Shown: positions 52,106 through 63,510 of the stretch, piece after piece | Position numbering within the stretch: position 1 is the stretch's first letter | Layout: every line of letters begins with the position of its first letter | Assembly: GCA_963706955.1 (NCBI GenBank) | Contig: CAVPOC010000010.1 | Coordinates: forward strand, 128,001 to 192,000 | Direction: 5' to 3' | Origin: an uncultured Verrucomicrobiae bacterium | Lineage (GTDB): Bacteria; Verrucomicrobiota; Verrucomicrobiia; Chthoniobacterales; Terrimicrobiaceae | DNA: 64,000 nt | Made by a program: the position numbers and the translations under genes | Notes under the pieces: model-generated | What the model saw: only the letters and a program-made list of their open reading frames with translations | Databases searched by the model: none | Told to the model about the DNA's origin: nothing

Positions 52106-55100
52106 GTGCCAGAATTCTCTGCAACATCGATGAGGGCCACTTCCGATTCTGCGAACAAGAATCGCTCTTCTCCCAAAGTGTCTCGATCCGAGAAGGAAGG
52201 TGATTCTTTCCCTGTGGTTGGCATTGGGGCATCGGCCGGCGGATTGGAATCGATCTCGAACTTATTAAAGAATCTTCAGCCAGATACCGGTCTGGCTTTT
52301 GTAATCATTCAGCATTTGGGCCCGGCTTCGCGCAGCGCCTTGGCCGACCTGCTTGGTAAAACGACGTCCATGTCCGTGCTGGAGATTCAGGATCGCATGC
52401 GAGTTCAGCCAAACCATGTTTACGTCCTGACACCGAATTACGACGTGCTCTTGGAAAATCGGAGGTTGCGCCTGGTTCGGCGACCTAGTTCCGAGCGTGT
52501 CCACATGCCCATCGACCACTTCTTTCAGTCCCTTGCCGAGCAGGAAAAGGGACGCGCCATTGGCGTGGTTCTCTCCGGGTCTGGGACTGACGGCACCGTG
52601 GGACTTCGAGCAATCAAAGATGAGGGCGGCTTGACCTTGGCAGAGGCCGACACGACCGCAAAGTACTTTGCGATGCCAAACAGTGCAATTGTTGCGGGGT
52701 GCGTAGACGTGATTCGCAGCGCCAAAGACATTGCGCTAGAAATCCGGACCATGGCGCGGCACCCCTATGTCCGTGGAAAACCGGCTGCCGATAGTGAGGA
52801 GGTGAATTTTAGCGGATTCCCGGAGGGAGCCGATGCCCTCACGAAGGTTTTCTATCTGATCAAACAGCACATGGGAGTCAATTTCGCCCAATATAAGCCT
52901 AGTACATTGCGGCGGCGAATCGCCCGCCGGATGATCCTGCTGCAACGCGAGACACTGGATGACTACGTGAGTCTACTGCGATCAGACGCCAGCGAAGTCG
53001 AGCAGCTTTTTAACGACGTTCTCATCAATGTTACCAGCTTTTTTCGGGATCCGGAGGCCTTCGCGACTCTCCAAAAGAAAATCCTGCCAAAGATCGTCAA
53101 AGCGAAAGCGCCACGCGGGGATTTTCGAATTTGGGTGCCCGGTTGTTCAACCGGCGAGGAGGTCTATTCGGTTGCGATTGCAGTGTTTGAAATACTGGGC
53201 AAGGGGCGTCACAATATTCGCGTGCAGATCTTCGGCACAGATCTGAGTGAACAGATCGTCGCTAAGGCGCGCGCCGGAATTTTCCCCGGATCTATCGCCA
53301 AAGGTGTCACATCCACCCGGCTTCGTCGCTTCTTTACGAAAACCCCGAACGGGGATTATCAAATCAGTCGCAGCATCCGTGACATGTGCACTTTTGCTCG
53401 ACAGAATGTCTGCCAGGACCCGCCCTTCTCACATATCGATCTCATCACCTGTCGCAACGTTCTTATCTATCTCGGTCCACCGTTGCAGAAAAAGTGCATT
53501 CCCGTATTTCACTATGCACTCAATCCGGATGGCTACCTGATGCTGGGCACATCGGAAAGTGTGGGCGGCTTCGCCGACCTCTTCGCGCTCGTTGACAAAA
53601 AGCAGAAGATCTATGTTAAGAAAGCCACGGCCTTGCGCCCGGCTCTCGACTTTGGTCCCAAGGAATTAACAAACCTTTCCACAGAACTGTCCAGCACGCC
53701 GCCCGTGCCTTCCGGGCCAGAACCCGGCTCAGAGCTGCAAAAGCAAGTCGATCGACTGATTCTGGCGCGCTACTCCCCAACGCCGTCATTATCGATGAAG
53801 GGATGCAAGTGCTGCAATTCCGTGGAGCGACGGGCCGATTTCTCGAACATGCGTCCGGCGCCGCTTCGCTGAATCTTCTCCAGATGGCGCGACCGGCATT
53901 GATCATCGACTTACGGGCCGCAATTCATCGAGCGCTCAAGGAGAACGCGGCGATTCGGCGCGAGAACATCTTCCTCAAGCTTAACGGGGACGCGCTCCTC
54001 GTGAGCATCGAGGTGATCCCCTTCCAACCTGAAAGAACGCAGCAACGTCTTTTGCTGGTGACCTTTGATTCGAAAAAGGCGCAGGAATGGAGGGAAGAAG
54101 GCAATGGCAGCAAACTTGCCAAGCAGGCAGGCAAAACGCGTCCACGTAACCTTGCACCCGAGGTCGGGCGGCTGCGCGACGAGCTCAATTCGACAAAAGA
54201 GTCGCTTCAAGCAATCATCGAGGAACGCGAAGCAGCCAACGAGGAACTCAAGTCAGCCAACGAAGAAATCCAGTCGAGCAATGAAGAGCTCCAGAGCACC
54301 AACGAAGAGCTCGAGACCGCCAAAGAGGAGCTCCAAAGCGCCAACGAAGAGTTGAGCACCGTCAACGAGGAGTTGGGTAACCGGAACGCCGAATTGGCTA
54401 CCGTAAACAATGATCTAAATAATCTGCTCACCTCGATTAACATCCCGATCATCATTGTCGACAGCGAGCTTTCCGTGCGTCGCGTCACCGCGCCGGGAGA
54501 GAAGATCTTCAATCTTATTCCCAGCGACGTCGGACGCCCTCTCGCGAATATCAAGCCCAATCTGGACATTCCCGACCTCATTCCCCTTATCCGCGGAGTC
54601 ATCGAGACCCTGCGTATCTGCGAACGAGAGGTGCGCGATTCGGAAAACCACTGGCACCAACTCCGTATCCGACCCTATCGGACTCTTGATAACAAGATAG
54701 ATGGAGCGGTTATCACCCTGGTCGAAATTGACCAGATGAAACGCAGCCTGGCCAGCCTGCAGGATGTCCTCGAATTTGCCAACACAATCCTCGACACCGC
54801 GCGTGACCCGATCGTCGTCCTGGGCAAGATCTGATCGTAAAAAAGGCCAATCGCGCATTTCGCGAGCGTTTCAAAATCGCCCGGGCGGATCTCGAGAACG
54901 CGCGCATCCATCACCTTGGCGACAGCTGGAAAATGCCGAAGTTGCGGACTTGGCTCACCGAAATGGTGAGAAAAGTCCAGCCTACCGCCGAGCTACAGCT
55001 CGAGCACAAATTCCCCTTGTTGGGTCTTCGCAAGCTGAACTTTTGCGCCCAGCGCCTGAAAGCAGACAATGATGAAGTTATTGTGCTCACAATTTCCGAA

Positions 55101-55127
55101 GCTGGTGCTTTAACTAGAGACAAATAG
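52106..55127 (+). CDS. CheB-CheR-PAS-coiled-coil-PAS fusion, split by two apparent -1 frameshifts (~53776, ~54825)
   Basis: GASAGG/QHL/SGSGTDG; VTSFFRD, GCSTGEE, CRNVLIY; EELQSTNEEL heptads; adding one base at each site restores YSPNAVIIDEGMQ and ...DLIVKKANRAF... Confidence 0.88.
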
Positions 55128-55148
55128 GTCTTCGCGCGTGCCTGGCCT

Positions 55149-57197
55149 GTGAAACGCAACCGATCGGTCACAAGAACTGCGCGCCCACGGAAGCGGGCGT
55201 CAGATCCAGCACCCGCCGCGCCTATCAGAGAAGGGCAGCAATTGGAGGAAGATCGATTGCTGGCCGAACTCGAGACGCTTCGTGAAGCCCAAATTGAAAT
55301 CGAGCATTCCCAGCAACTTTACGCTGAGCTTTTCGATTCCGCTCCGGTGGGATATTTCAATCTGACGGCTGAGGGAGGCATCCAAAACGCCAATCTCGCG
55401 GCGTGCGCCCTGCTGGGACGCGAACGCAAGCGGATCGTCGGGAAACCTTTCTACATCTTTGTCGCTTCCCGCGATATGCAAACGTTCACCGATCATCTTC
55501 GGCGATGCGGAGCCGCAGAGGTTGGCGAAACGGCAAGCGAGCTGCGCTTGCATGCGAGTGGAACGGAACCGCGTTATGTCGAGTTGCTGTCCCGCCGTTC
55601 GTCACTCTTTGGGACGACCGAAACGATCTACCGAACCGTGGTGCGGGACATCACTGACCGCAGAAAAGCTGAAAATGCCCTTCGTGAAAGCGAAGAACGC
55701 ACGCGGGTGTTGAGCGCGAACCTGCCCGGAGGCGCCGTTTTCGTCCTCGATCGCAATTTACGGTGCCTGCTTGCCGGCGGCGAAGCACTGGAAAGCCTCG
55801 GCGTCAATCCGCAAGATCTTGTTGGCCGGAGAATGGAGGATGCGAAGCCAGAGCTGGCGGAGGTCTACACGCCGTTCTTCCGGCAACTGCTCAAAGGCGA
55901 GCCCTCCTATCGCGAACACATGATTAAAGGGCGGACGTTCCTCTCCCGCGGAGTGCCACTGCGAGATGCAGCCTCAACGGTTTATGCGGCCCTGGCGGTC
56001 TCCTATGATATTACAGAGCGCAAACACGCTGAACACGCCTTGCAAAAGAGTGAGGAGACTCTGCGCTTGATGATGGAAAGCGCTCACGAGTATGCCATTT
56101 TCACCACCGATTTGGAAATGCGAGTGACAACTTGGAATTCCGGCGCGGAGCGCCTGCTCGGCTTCACAGAACGAGAAATCGTTGGGTCATCCGCCGACGT
56201 GATTTTTACGCCCGAGGACCGGGCGGCAAATCGTCCTGAATTGGAAAGAGAACAAGCGCTTGCCGAAGGCAAAGCCAGCGACGAGCGCTGGCACTTGCGA
56301 AAGAATGGCACGCGTTTCTGGAGCAACGGTTTTCTCATGCCCATGCACGACGCAAATGGGAACTCGGTCGGTTTTGTGAAGATTCTCCGTGACGAGACCG
56401 AAACCCGCCAGGCGCAAGAAGCGCTCGAGCGGAGCCGGCAACAGCTGGTCGATGCGCTCAAAGAAAAGGATCGGGCGTGGAAAGAGGCCGAGACAGCATC
56501 AAAAGCAAAGGATCACTTTGTGGCGGTCCTTTCGCACGAGCTGCGGACCCCACTCACGCCGGTTCTCCTGGTGGCAGAGATGCTTTCGCGCCGTTCGGAC
56601 TTGCCTGCCGACGTGCAACAGGCGCTAGAGATGATCGCGAACAACGTTCAGATCGAGGCGCGCTTTATTGACGATCTTTTGGACATGACCCGCCTTGCCC
56701 GAGGTAAACTCGAGATTGCGCGCGAGGAGGTCGATGTTCACGAAGTCGTCAGGCAGGCAGTCGATGTGTCCCGCGGCGACATCGAGTCGAAAAGCCAGAA
56801 GCTTATCATCTCACTGCGGGCGAAGCAACACAGGGTCACCGGCGACCGGACCCGCCTTCAACAGGTTTTCTGGAACATACTCAAGAACGCTTCCAAGTTT
56901 ACTCCGAAAGGCGGGGAAATCCGCATTCAATCTCGAAACAAAGCTAAACGCATTGTCGCGATTTTTTCTGACAACGGGATTGGCATTGATCCTCAGACTT
57001 TACCTCTCATCTTCAATTCGTTTACGCAGGGAAGTAAGGAAGTTACCAAGGAATTCGGCGGACTTGGACTTGGTTTGGCCATCTCGCAGGCTACCGTTGA
57101 TGCGCACCAGGGAAGCCTGCGTGCGCAAAGTCGCGGGCCTGACAAGGGCGCCACCTTCATCGTCGAGTTGCCGCTTCGATCCGGCGGAAATACATGA
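55149..57197 (+). CDS. Multi-PAS sensor histidine kinase (no receiver)
   Basis: Three PAS domains, SHELRTPL, NILKNASKF, GGLGLGL. Confidence 0.92.
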   Translation: MKRNRSVTRTARPRKRASDPAPAAPIREGQQLEEDRLLAELETLREAQIEIEHSQQLYAELFDSAPVGYFNLTAEGGIQNANLAACALLGRERKRIVGKPFYIFVASRDMQTFTDHLRRCGAAEVGETASELRLHASGTEPRYVELLSRRSSLFGTTETIYRTVVRDITDRRKAENALRESEERTRVLSANLPGGAVFVLDRNLRCLLAGGEALESLGVNPQDLVGRRMEDAKPELAEVYTPFFRQLLKGEPSYREHMIKGRTFLSRGVPLRDAASTVYAALAVSYDITERKHAEHALQKSEETLRLMMESAHEYAIFTTDLEMRVTTWNSGAERLLGFTEREIVGSSADVIFTPEDRAANRPELEREQALAEGKASDERWHLRKNGTRFWSNGFLMPMHDANGNSVGFVKILRDETETRQAQEALERSRQQLVDALKEKDRAWKEAETASKAKDHFVAVLSHELRTPLTPVLLVAEMLSRRSDLPADVQQALEMIANNVQIEARFIDDLLDMTRLARGKLEIAREEVDVHEVVRQAVDVSRGDIESKSQKLIISLRAKQHRVTGDRTRLQQVFWNILKNASKFTPKGGEIRIQSRNKAKRIVAIFSDNGIGIDPQTLPLIFNSFTQGSKEVTKEFGGLGLGLAISQATVDAHQGSLRAQSRGPDKGATFIVELPLRSGGNT

Positions 57198-57336
57198 GTC
57201 GTCGTCGCACCAGTTTGTGTATCGGTGATTCCACGCCCGCAGGCTACGCGCCCGCGCCGCGGGCCGGTTCCCCTCGCCGACGGAGGTCATAGACAACCAT
57301 TTCCCCGCTTCCTCGCGAATACTTGAGAAGGTTGAT

Positions 57337-57618
57337 ATGAAACTGCTAAAAAAGAAGACCCGAAAGGCGATCCGAAAAATCGTCCGTAAGGCCATAAATA
57401 AGCACGGTCCCGAAATCGCGGGGCACATTGCCACGGGCGGCCTCGCCGGGCTTGCTGCTCTCTTGGCTGCCGATCCGAAAAAAGGTAAGAAGCTGAAGAA
57501 ACTCGCGGCTGCGGTGCGCGACAATCCGGCGGTCGAGGCGATCACGGACAAGCTGTCCGGCGGCGATGCCGAGGACAAGGAGAAGGAAAACACCCCAAAA
57601 TCACGGACGGACGATTAG
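57337..57618 (+). CDS. Small basic hypothetical protein
   Basis: Coherent ORF with AAGG RBS; K/R-rich start, central hydrophobic stretch. Confidence 0.6.
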   Translation: MKLLKKKTRKAIRKIVRKAINKHGPEIAGHIATGGLAGLAALLAADPKKGKKLKKLAAAVRDNPAVEAITDKLSGGDAEDKEKENTPKSRTDD

Positions 57619-57677
57619 CTCCTCCCGCCTCTCTTCAAGCGCCAGACCGGTGGGGAATCGTCCGTTACATCAAGGAC

Positions 57678-58025
57678 ATGGCGCTAGCCTCCGTGGCCCG
57701 AGCCGCCGCGAACACGCAGCTCGAGGGCATTGCGAATATCACGGAAATCCACCTGGATTCAGAGAACCACCTGTTCCAACTTAGCGGTCATCTCCTCGGC
57801 GCCCGCGATGAGATTCGCCTTACTATCCACGACTATCGCCTTGAAGTGTTGGACGATTGCGCACTTGTCACAATTTCCAGTGTCGCTGCCTCGCCTCAGT
57901 GGGTCGCCGGTCTCATGAATCGTTACGTGCGCGGCAAAGCAATTCGAATTCCTATTTCCAATGACTCCCAGACAAAAAAGGCCCTCCAATCGGCGCTCTT
58001 TCGGCTGTTAAGATCCTTCGTGTGA
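57678..58025 (+). CDS. Hypothetical protein
   Basis: AAGGA RBS before ATG; protein-like composition. Confidence 0.55.
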   Translation: MALASVARAAANTQLEGIANITEIHLDSENHLFQLSGHLLGARDEIRLTIHDYRLEVLDDCALVTISSVAASPQWVAGLMNRYVRGKAIRIPISNDSQTKKALQSALFRLLRSFV

Positions 58026-58145
58026 GTCGGCGCAGCGGACTATACCGCGCTTCGCAAGGATGCGCTTGGTTACAGTACTTCACGTTCCAGCTATGCTGTT
58101 CGCCGCTAGGCGCGCCTAGTATCCGCGGTCGGTCAAACAAGCAAT

Positions 58146-58223
58146 TGTAGCGACGATGTCCGCATCGTCGAGTACTTGTCTCCGTCGTCGAGAGTTCCCG
58201 GCGGTGGGGACACCGCCGCTACA
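58146..58223. repeat. GTAG-type REP-like palindrome (family A)
   Basis: TGTAGCGACGATGTCCGCATCGTCG...CGGCGGTGGGGACACCGCCGCTACA between convergent genes. Confidence 0.75.
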
Positions 58224-58235
58224 ATGCCCGGTGGC

Positions 58236-58481
58236 TTAGTTCCCGGTGCGATCGCTGCCCAGCTGCTTAACAAGCTTGTTGTATAGGCCCAGGATCAGGA
58301 AGGTGGGCGCCCACTGGCCAACAAATAGTGAGTGATGGTCATCACCAAGCACCTTCATCGTAAGGGATACTAGAATCGATCCCAGGGCAGCCCAGAGGAA
58401 AATATCAGAGGGTAACTTAGCGGTTTGTTGTTCCAATGCGCGTGCGACGGGTCCTTCAGAATGTTCTATGGCTTCTCTCAT
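58236..58481 (-). CDS. Conserved small membrane protein
   Basis: HSEG.VAR..EQQTAKLPSD.FLWAA...FVGQWAP..LILGLYNKLVK..GSD pattern. Confidence 0.8.
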   Translation of the reverse strand: MREAIEHSEGPVARALEQQTAKLPSDIFLWAALGSILVSLTMKVLGDDHHSLFVGQWAPTFLILGLYNKLVKQLGSDRTGN

Positions 58482-58589
58482 GGTGATGTGTTTCGAATGC
58501 GAAGCAATGGGCGGTTGCCTCTGTGGTTGCTGTTCAAGGGATATTTACGCCTAGGCTGGCGCCTCGGATGCGCGGACTGTCGATGACCT

Positions 58590-59060
58590 CTAAATTTCGC
58601 GCTCGGGCGTGCGACTGCTCTCTTCCGTTTGATGAACTCCGACACCCAGGCGGAAGACCAATTCCCCTCCCAGCCATCCTCCGAGGATTGCAACAAACAA
58701 ACCGATAACAGCTACGGAAGTTGCAAACGGGCTCGGACGGCTCGGATCGCCGACACGCAAGAGCAAACTCGCCAGAAACACCACCATCGCGACGACATTC
58801 GTCAACCCGTGAATAGCCCCGACGCGGCGCGCTTTGGTCCCTCCGGGCAAACACTTCCAATCCATAAATCCGACAATGCCCGCCACCAATCCGCTAAGCA
58901 CACCAGCAACCATCAGCCAAAACGAAACAGTGCCCCAGGTAGGATCGTCAAGAATGTGGTGGAAAAGGTCTGCAAAGACGGAGGCCGGTAGTAACCCGAG
59001 TGGTAACACGATGATCATCGGATGAACCGGATGACCGTAAATCGTGACCTTGCTCTCCAT
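58590..59060 (-). CDS. DUF2231 membrane protein
   Basis: GHPVHP, G..DW, HG..N, GGWLGGELV...GVGV. Confidence 0.88.
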   Translation of the reverse strand: MESKVTIYGHPVHPMIIVLPLGLLPASVFADLFHHILDDPTWGTVSFWLMVAGVLSGLVAGIVGFMDWKCLPGGTKARRVGAIHGLTNVVAMVVFLASLLLRVGDPSRPSPFATSVAVIGLFVAILGGWLGGELVFRLGVGVHQTEESSRTPEREI

Positions 59061-59353
59061 CGCGCACGAATTGTTCGGGCGCGCCTCAGCCAGCGGACGT
59101 GTCGGCACAACGCTCAGCGCGCCCCAATCCTCGTGACGATCGCGAACGCCTTCGGAAACCACTTCGTTTCGGTGGCGATAATCGATGCAACCAAATCTGG
59201 ATGCGGTAACGATGAAGGGAGTGTTTCGCGATCATGACTCTCCTTAGCGTCGCTTAACTTGTTCGGCGCTTCCCGGAAACACGCACCTTCGCAAATGCCC
59301 AACTTCGGGCAAAACTGCGTCGCCGCCGGGAACCCCTCCTCACTCTAAACAAA

Positions 59354-60100
59354 ATGAATACGAACATTCTTATCGTCGTCTGGGCTGATGCGCCCTCGGA
59401 AGTGCTAGCCATCCATGCACAGGAGACCAATGGAGATGAACTCGGCGGCCCACGGACGGGCAAGACCAAGGCACTCGAAGCAGGCGCAGAGCTGCTGCAG
59501 AGCGAGGCACCTCTGCGTTCGATCCACGCACATGTCTGTGGCTTTCATTTCTACAATGGCGAACCACAGCGGCAGGTTATCGCCCACCACTATTGCTCCC
59601 ATCGCGGCGAGGAGTTTCTGCAGTGTGTGATCTACGACTCAGACAAGCCCAACGCTCGGCTCATCGGAATTGAATACATCATCAGTGAAAAGCTGTTTCG
59701 GACGCTTCCGGAGGAGGAGAAAAAATTTTGGCACAGCCACGTCTATGAGGTGAAGTCCGGTTCACTGATCGCCCCACGGCTGCCAGACCTCGCAGAGAAT
59801 GAACTGATGAAACAGCTGATCGGAACCTATGGTAAGACGTGGCACACCTGGCAGGTGGATCGGGGGGATCAACTACCACTCGGTATTCCCCAGCTCATGA
59901 TGGGTTTCACGGCAGACGGGCAGGCCAACCCTCAGATGGTGGCTGACCGTGACAAGGGCTATGGGATTTCCTCGGATGAAAAGAAAGAAGCTCGCGCCGA
60001 GATCGCCGCGCCACCGATTCAGCCCGGCGCCGACGCCTGGCAGAAGGGCGAGATCATCCAACTCGAGCCAAAGATGATCGCTCCGGCGACACAACAATAA
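59354..60100 (+). CDS. DUF1264 / OBAP (oil-body-associated protein-like)
   Basis: GFHFY, AHHYC, ARLIGIEYIISE, WHSHVYEVKSG, TYGKTWHTWQ. Confidence 0.9.
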   Translation: MNTNILIVVWADAPSEVLAIHAQETNGDELGGPRTGKTKALEAGAELLQSEAPLRSIHAHVCGFHFYNGEPQRQVIAHHYCSHRGEEFLQCVIYDSDKPNARLIGIEYIISEKLFRTLPEEEKKFWHSHVYEVKSGSLIAPRLPDLAENELMKQLIGTYGKTWHTWQVDRGDQLPLGIPQLMMGFTADGQANPQMVADRDKGYGISSDEKKEARAEIAAPPIQPGADAWQKGEIIQLEPKMIAPATQQ

Positions 60101-60578
60101 TACGAGTCGCAGATGGTGCCCTCTCGGCCATAAACACGACGCATCGGGCGTGATACTCTCGCGATCAGCCCACTAAGCAAATCAGCCCGGATTGTCACGG
60201 GCTGAAAGACTCGGTCGATTTGAGACCGACGGTCCGGCTCTACGACGAATTTGGGGATAAGGGCATTTCAGATTTCCCGATGCTCGGATTGCACACGCTC
60301 CGTCGCCGCGTCAATGACGGAAGCTACTGGCAAGCACGCTGCCTTATCGAAGGATTAAGAAACTGCGGTTTAAACACCATCACCCTCGACGAGTTCCGTG
60401 TGCCACTTCCGGCACTCGTCGGAAAACCTTATTTGGCGGGACGCCGAATACCACACGCGGGGGCGCGTATGCTTCCCAGAATGCTCGAGCATCTCCAATG
60501 ACATCTGAGTTTCGCCTCAGGCATTTCCTTACCCTCAGAGCGGCGAGGCTAACGATTATCTCGAAAACACACTCACTA

Positions 60579-61097
60579 ATGGGATTATTTGCTAAACGAT
60601 TCGAAACCTTGCGGGATCTCTACGTGAATGAGCTTCACGACTTGCACAGTGCGGAATTACAGCTAACTACCGCCCTTCCTAAAATGGCGGAGGCCGCTAC
60701 CTCGTCGCAGCTTAAGAACGCACTGACAAATCACCTGGAAGAGACTCGTGGGCACGTCCGCAGATTGGAGCAAATTTTTAATGCCCTCGGTGAAAAGCCG
60801 AGCGGCAAGACCTGCGAAGCGATGGAGGGCCTGATTGCCGAAGGGGAGAGTTACGTCAAAGCGTCCGGCGACGATAGTGTGAGGGATGCTGGGCTAATCG
60901 GCGCGGCCCAGCGCGTCGAACATTATGAAATCGCCGGATATGGCACCGCCCGCAGCTTAGCTAATCGGCTCGGCGAGAAGAACGCGGCCGATTTGCTGCA
61001 GAGAACATTGGAGGAAGAGGGCGACGCTGATCATAAGCTCACCGAAATCGCCGAAGCAGAAGTCAACGTTGCGGCTTCCACCTCGAAAGCTGCGTGA
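60579..61097 (+). CDS. Ferritin-like DUF892 protein (YciF-like)
   Basis: EL.DL.SAE.Q, HLEET, C.AMEGL, AQRVEHYEIAGYG, TLEEE..AD. Confidence 0.92.
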   Translation: MGLFAKRFETLRDLYVNELHDLHSAELQLTTALPKMAEAATSSQLKNALTNHLEETRGHVRRLEQIFNALGEKPSGKTCEAMEGLIAEGESYVKASGDDSVRDAGLIGAAQRVEHYEIAGYGTARSLANRLGEKNAADLLQRTLEEEGDADHKLTEIAEAEVNVAASTSKAA

Positions 61098-61151
61098 TTC
61101 AGAATTTCTGACGAACATTACTTTGCCATTGGAAGTGTCGTCAGAAGACAA

Positions 61152-61189
61152 AGGTCGGCGCGGGCAAAGCCGCGCCGACCTGGATTTTT
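61152..61189 (+). terminator. Intrinsic terminator-like hairpin after yciF
   Basis: AGGTCGGCGCGG-GCAAAG-CCGCGCCGACCT followed by GGATTTTT. Confidence 0.65.
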
Positions 61190-61456
61190 ACTGCAGGGCC
61201 CATTTTCCCCTTCTATTGCGCCCGTGTCCCCAGGGCGTGAGCGGCCTCGGCGCTGAGACGCCGCCGCTGATGCGGTCTTCAAAGTTATTCATGAGCGGGG
61301 CCGGCACGGTCAACTGTCGCGATCCCAGCGAGGATTATCTGTAGAACACCGGCCGGTTCTAGCGCGTCTGTCCGAAGGTCTACAGAGCAGACTTTCTCGG
61401 TGGCGGGCCCGCCCCGCAAACGCTGGCGCGGGGCGCCGCGACAACTCCCTCCGGTC

Positions 61457-61970
61457 TTACAGCTCTGAGACTACGCTGACGTCCTCCAGGTTATTTCTCT
61501 TCATGATCTCCCGCGAGAGTGTCGGCCGCCTCGTTATCTTCAACGTGAACGGCCATCAAATAGCCTCCCTCTTTGAGCCTTTCCTCATAGACTTTGGCCT
61601 CGGACTCCGGGATACCAAAACCGACAAGCGCGCCGACCAGGCCGCCAGCAGTAGCCCCCGCTGCCGTCCCGCCAAGCGCTGCAATGATGGGACCCGCTGC
61701 GATCAATGGGCCGAGGCCAGGGATGGCAAGTGCTCCCAATCCGGCGAGCAAACCGATGGTCCCTCCAATGACGCCGCCAGTAACCGCGCCGGCACTGGCC
61801 CCTTCTGGAGCTTGAGTGGCTTTTTCGGCACCGACCGCTGGCTCGCCACTCGCTTCCGGCATGACCACAGAGATCTCGCTCACCGGGATGAGAGCCTCCT
61901 CCTGCAGTTCGTCGATCGTTCGTTCAACTTGAAGATTGGATCTTGCAATTCCGACAATTGATTTAGCCAT
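61457..61970 (-). CDS. General stress protein with glycine zipper; apparent +1 frameshift near 61513
   Basis: GA.TGG..GG..GLLAG.GALAIPG.GP.IAAGP, G.GIPE.EA..YE; one-base correction gives the ending TLREIMKRNNLEDVSVVSEL*. Confidence 0.82.
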
Positions 61971-62137
61971 AAGATGTTGTTTGTTAGGAATTTTTGACCT
62001 CAAGTTGCTTCGCAAATCGCGCGATGCCTGCATGACGCATAGGCTTCAATAGCGGTCTTCTTTTGTTGGCTTTCCACCGACTATCAGCTTCAGAAGAGGT
62101 CTACTTCGGGGACCTTCGCACGCGAGGAAATGCGAGA

Positions 62138-62380
62138 CTATTGAATGTCCAGTCGGAGCACCGTCCCCGGAGGGTTTGAAATTACGGAGACGGAAGTTAA
62201 GGTTCCATCGGCCAGATGAACTCGAGCCAAGCCCGAAGAGGTGAGCGCGACAACTTCGCCTTCCCGCCCCTCTCCCTCACCAACTAACAACAAGCGATCG
62301 CCGAGCTTAAGACTGGTCTGGGGGACGGTCCAGTTCTTCGGCGTAAAGTTCATTTGTATTAGCGTAATCGCCGCCGGCAC
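62138..62380 (-). CDS. Small hypothetical protein (SH3/KOW-like pattern)
   Basis: LKLGDRLLLVG...REGEVV...ARVHLADG beta pattern. Confidence 0.45.
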   Translation of the reverse strand: MPAAITLIQMNFTPKNWTVPQTSLKLGDRLLLVGEGEGREGEVVALTSSGLARVHLADGTLTSVSVISNPPGTVLRLDIQ

Positions 62381-62511
62381 CCATTTCTATCCCGCTAGTA
62401 TCCCTTATAGGCCAATCAGGTAAAACCTGATCTTAAACTGCAAGGTGGAGCTGAGACCGGCGCCGTGATTTGCACAGCCAGGGATGGCTCAATTCACGAA
62501 CTAGAGATTGC

Positions 62512-63387
62512 ATGAAAACGAAGGATCCAAGAACATTGCACAAACGCCCGCCTTACTCTTCGAAGACACAGAAGCCGCCAGGCAAAGAAGCGGAGATGAA
62601 GCCGACCGCTGATCATGGGGCGGAGAGCTACGAAGGAACGGGGCGACTGGAGGGCCATACTGCACTGATCACCGGCGCTGACAGCGGCATCGGTCGCGCG
62701 GTCGCATTGGCATTCGCACGCGAGGGAGCTGATGTTGGCATTTCTTACCTATCGGAAGAGGAAGATGCGCGCGAGACCGAACGCCTCGTGAAGGATGCAG
62801 GCTGCAAAGCCGTCCTCCTGCCCGGCGATATTGGGCAACCGAACATCTGCGAGGCGGTTGCTCGCGACGCCATCAAAGGTCTCGGTGGCGTGAGCATTCT
62901 CGTCAACAACGCTGCCTATCAGCGCAACTATGAGAAACTCGACGAGATCAGCGATGATGAGTTCGAGGAAGCTTATCGGGTGAACGTTTTTGCCATGTTT
63001 CGACTATGCAAGGCGATTCTGCCGCAAATGAAGGAAGGTGGATCAATTATCAACACCGCTTCAATTCAGTCCTTCGATCCAACGTCTGGGCTCATCGTCT
63101 ACGCCTCCACCAAGGCGGCCATCGCCAGCTTCACCCGCTCGCTTGCCGGTCTGGCCATGAAGCAGGGAGTTCGCGTCAACGCCGTCGCTCCGGGTCCAGT
63201 CTGGACTCCGCTGATCCCTTCGACTCTGCCAGCCGAACGTGCCAAGAACTTTGGCGCCGACACGGTCTTTGGTCGAGCCGCGCAACCTGTCGAGATGGCG
63301 CCCATTTTTGTATTCCTGGCAAGCGCCGAGGCCTCTTATGTAACCGGCGAGATCTACGGGGCGACCGGCGGTCAAATGCCGATTTGA
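62512..63387 (+). CDS. SDR oxidoreductase (YghA/YhdF general-stress type)
   Basis: PG.E..M.P..DHG.ESY.G.GRL, TGADSGIG, YASTK, PGPVWTPLIP. Confidence 0.92.
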   Translation: MKTKDPRTLHKRPPYSSKTQKPPGKEAEMKPTADHGAESYEGTGRLEGHTALITGADSGIGRAVALAFAREGADVGISYLSEEEDARETERLVKDAGCKAVLLPGDIGQPNICEAVARDAIKGLGGVSILVNNAAYQRNYEKLDEISDDEFEEAYRVNVFAMFRLCKAILPQMKEGGSIINTASIQSFDPTSGLIVYASTKAAIASFTRSLAGLAMKQGVRVNAVAPGPVWTPLIPSTLPAERAKNFGADTVFGRAAQPVEMAPIFVFLASAEASYVTGEIYGATGGQMPI

Positions 63388-63510
63388 ACCGGAACGTCCT
63401 CGTTCAAAGGAAGCTCAGTCTTTCTCCGACCCGAGCGAAGGGGATGGACCCGCACGTCAACGGTGAAGTCGTGACGTCCACTCGAACCTCCACAAGCGAT
63501 GGCCGCATGA

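Noticed and set aside
53775..54830. Programmed frameshifting in the CheBR fusion
   Set aside because: No slippery heptamer with a stimulatory structure at either site; similar indels occur across unrelated genes
60220..60501. 93-aa ORF upstream of yciF
   Set aside because: TTG start without RBS and no motif; unsupported
50848..62456. (G)CTGAG(G/A) as a shared promoter element of stress genes (50848, 59084, 61998, 62450)
   Set aside because: Short motif, variable distance to start and no consistent -10 partner; cannot be distinguished from chance without MEME or TSS data
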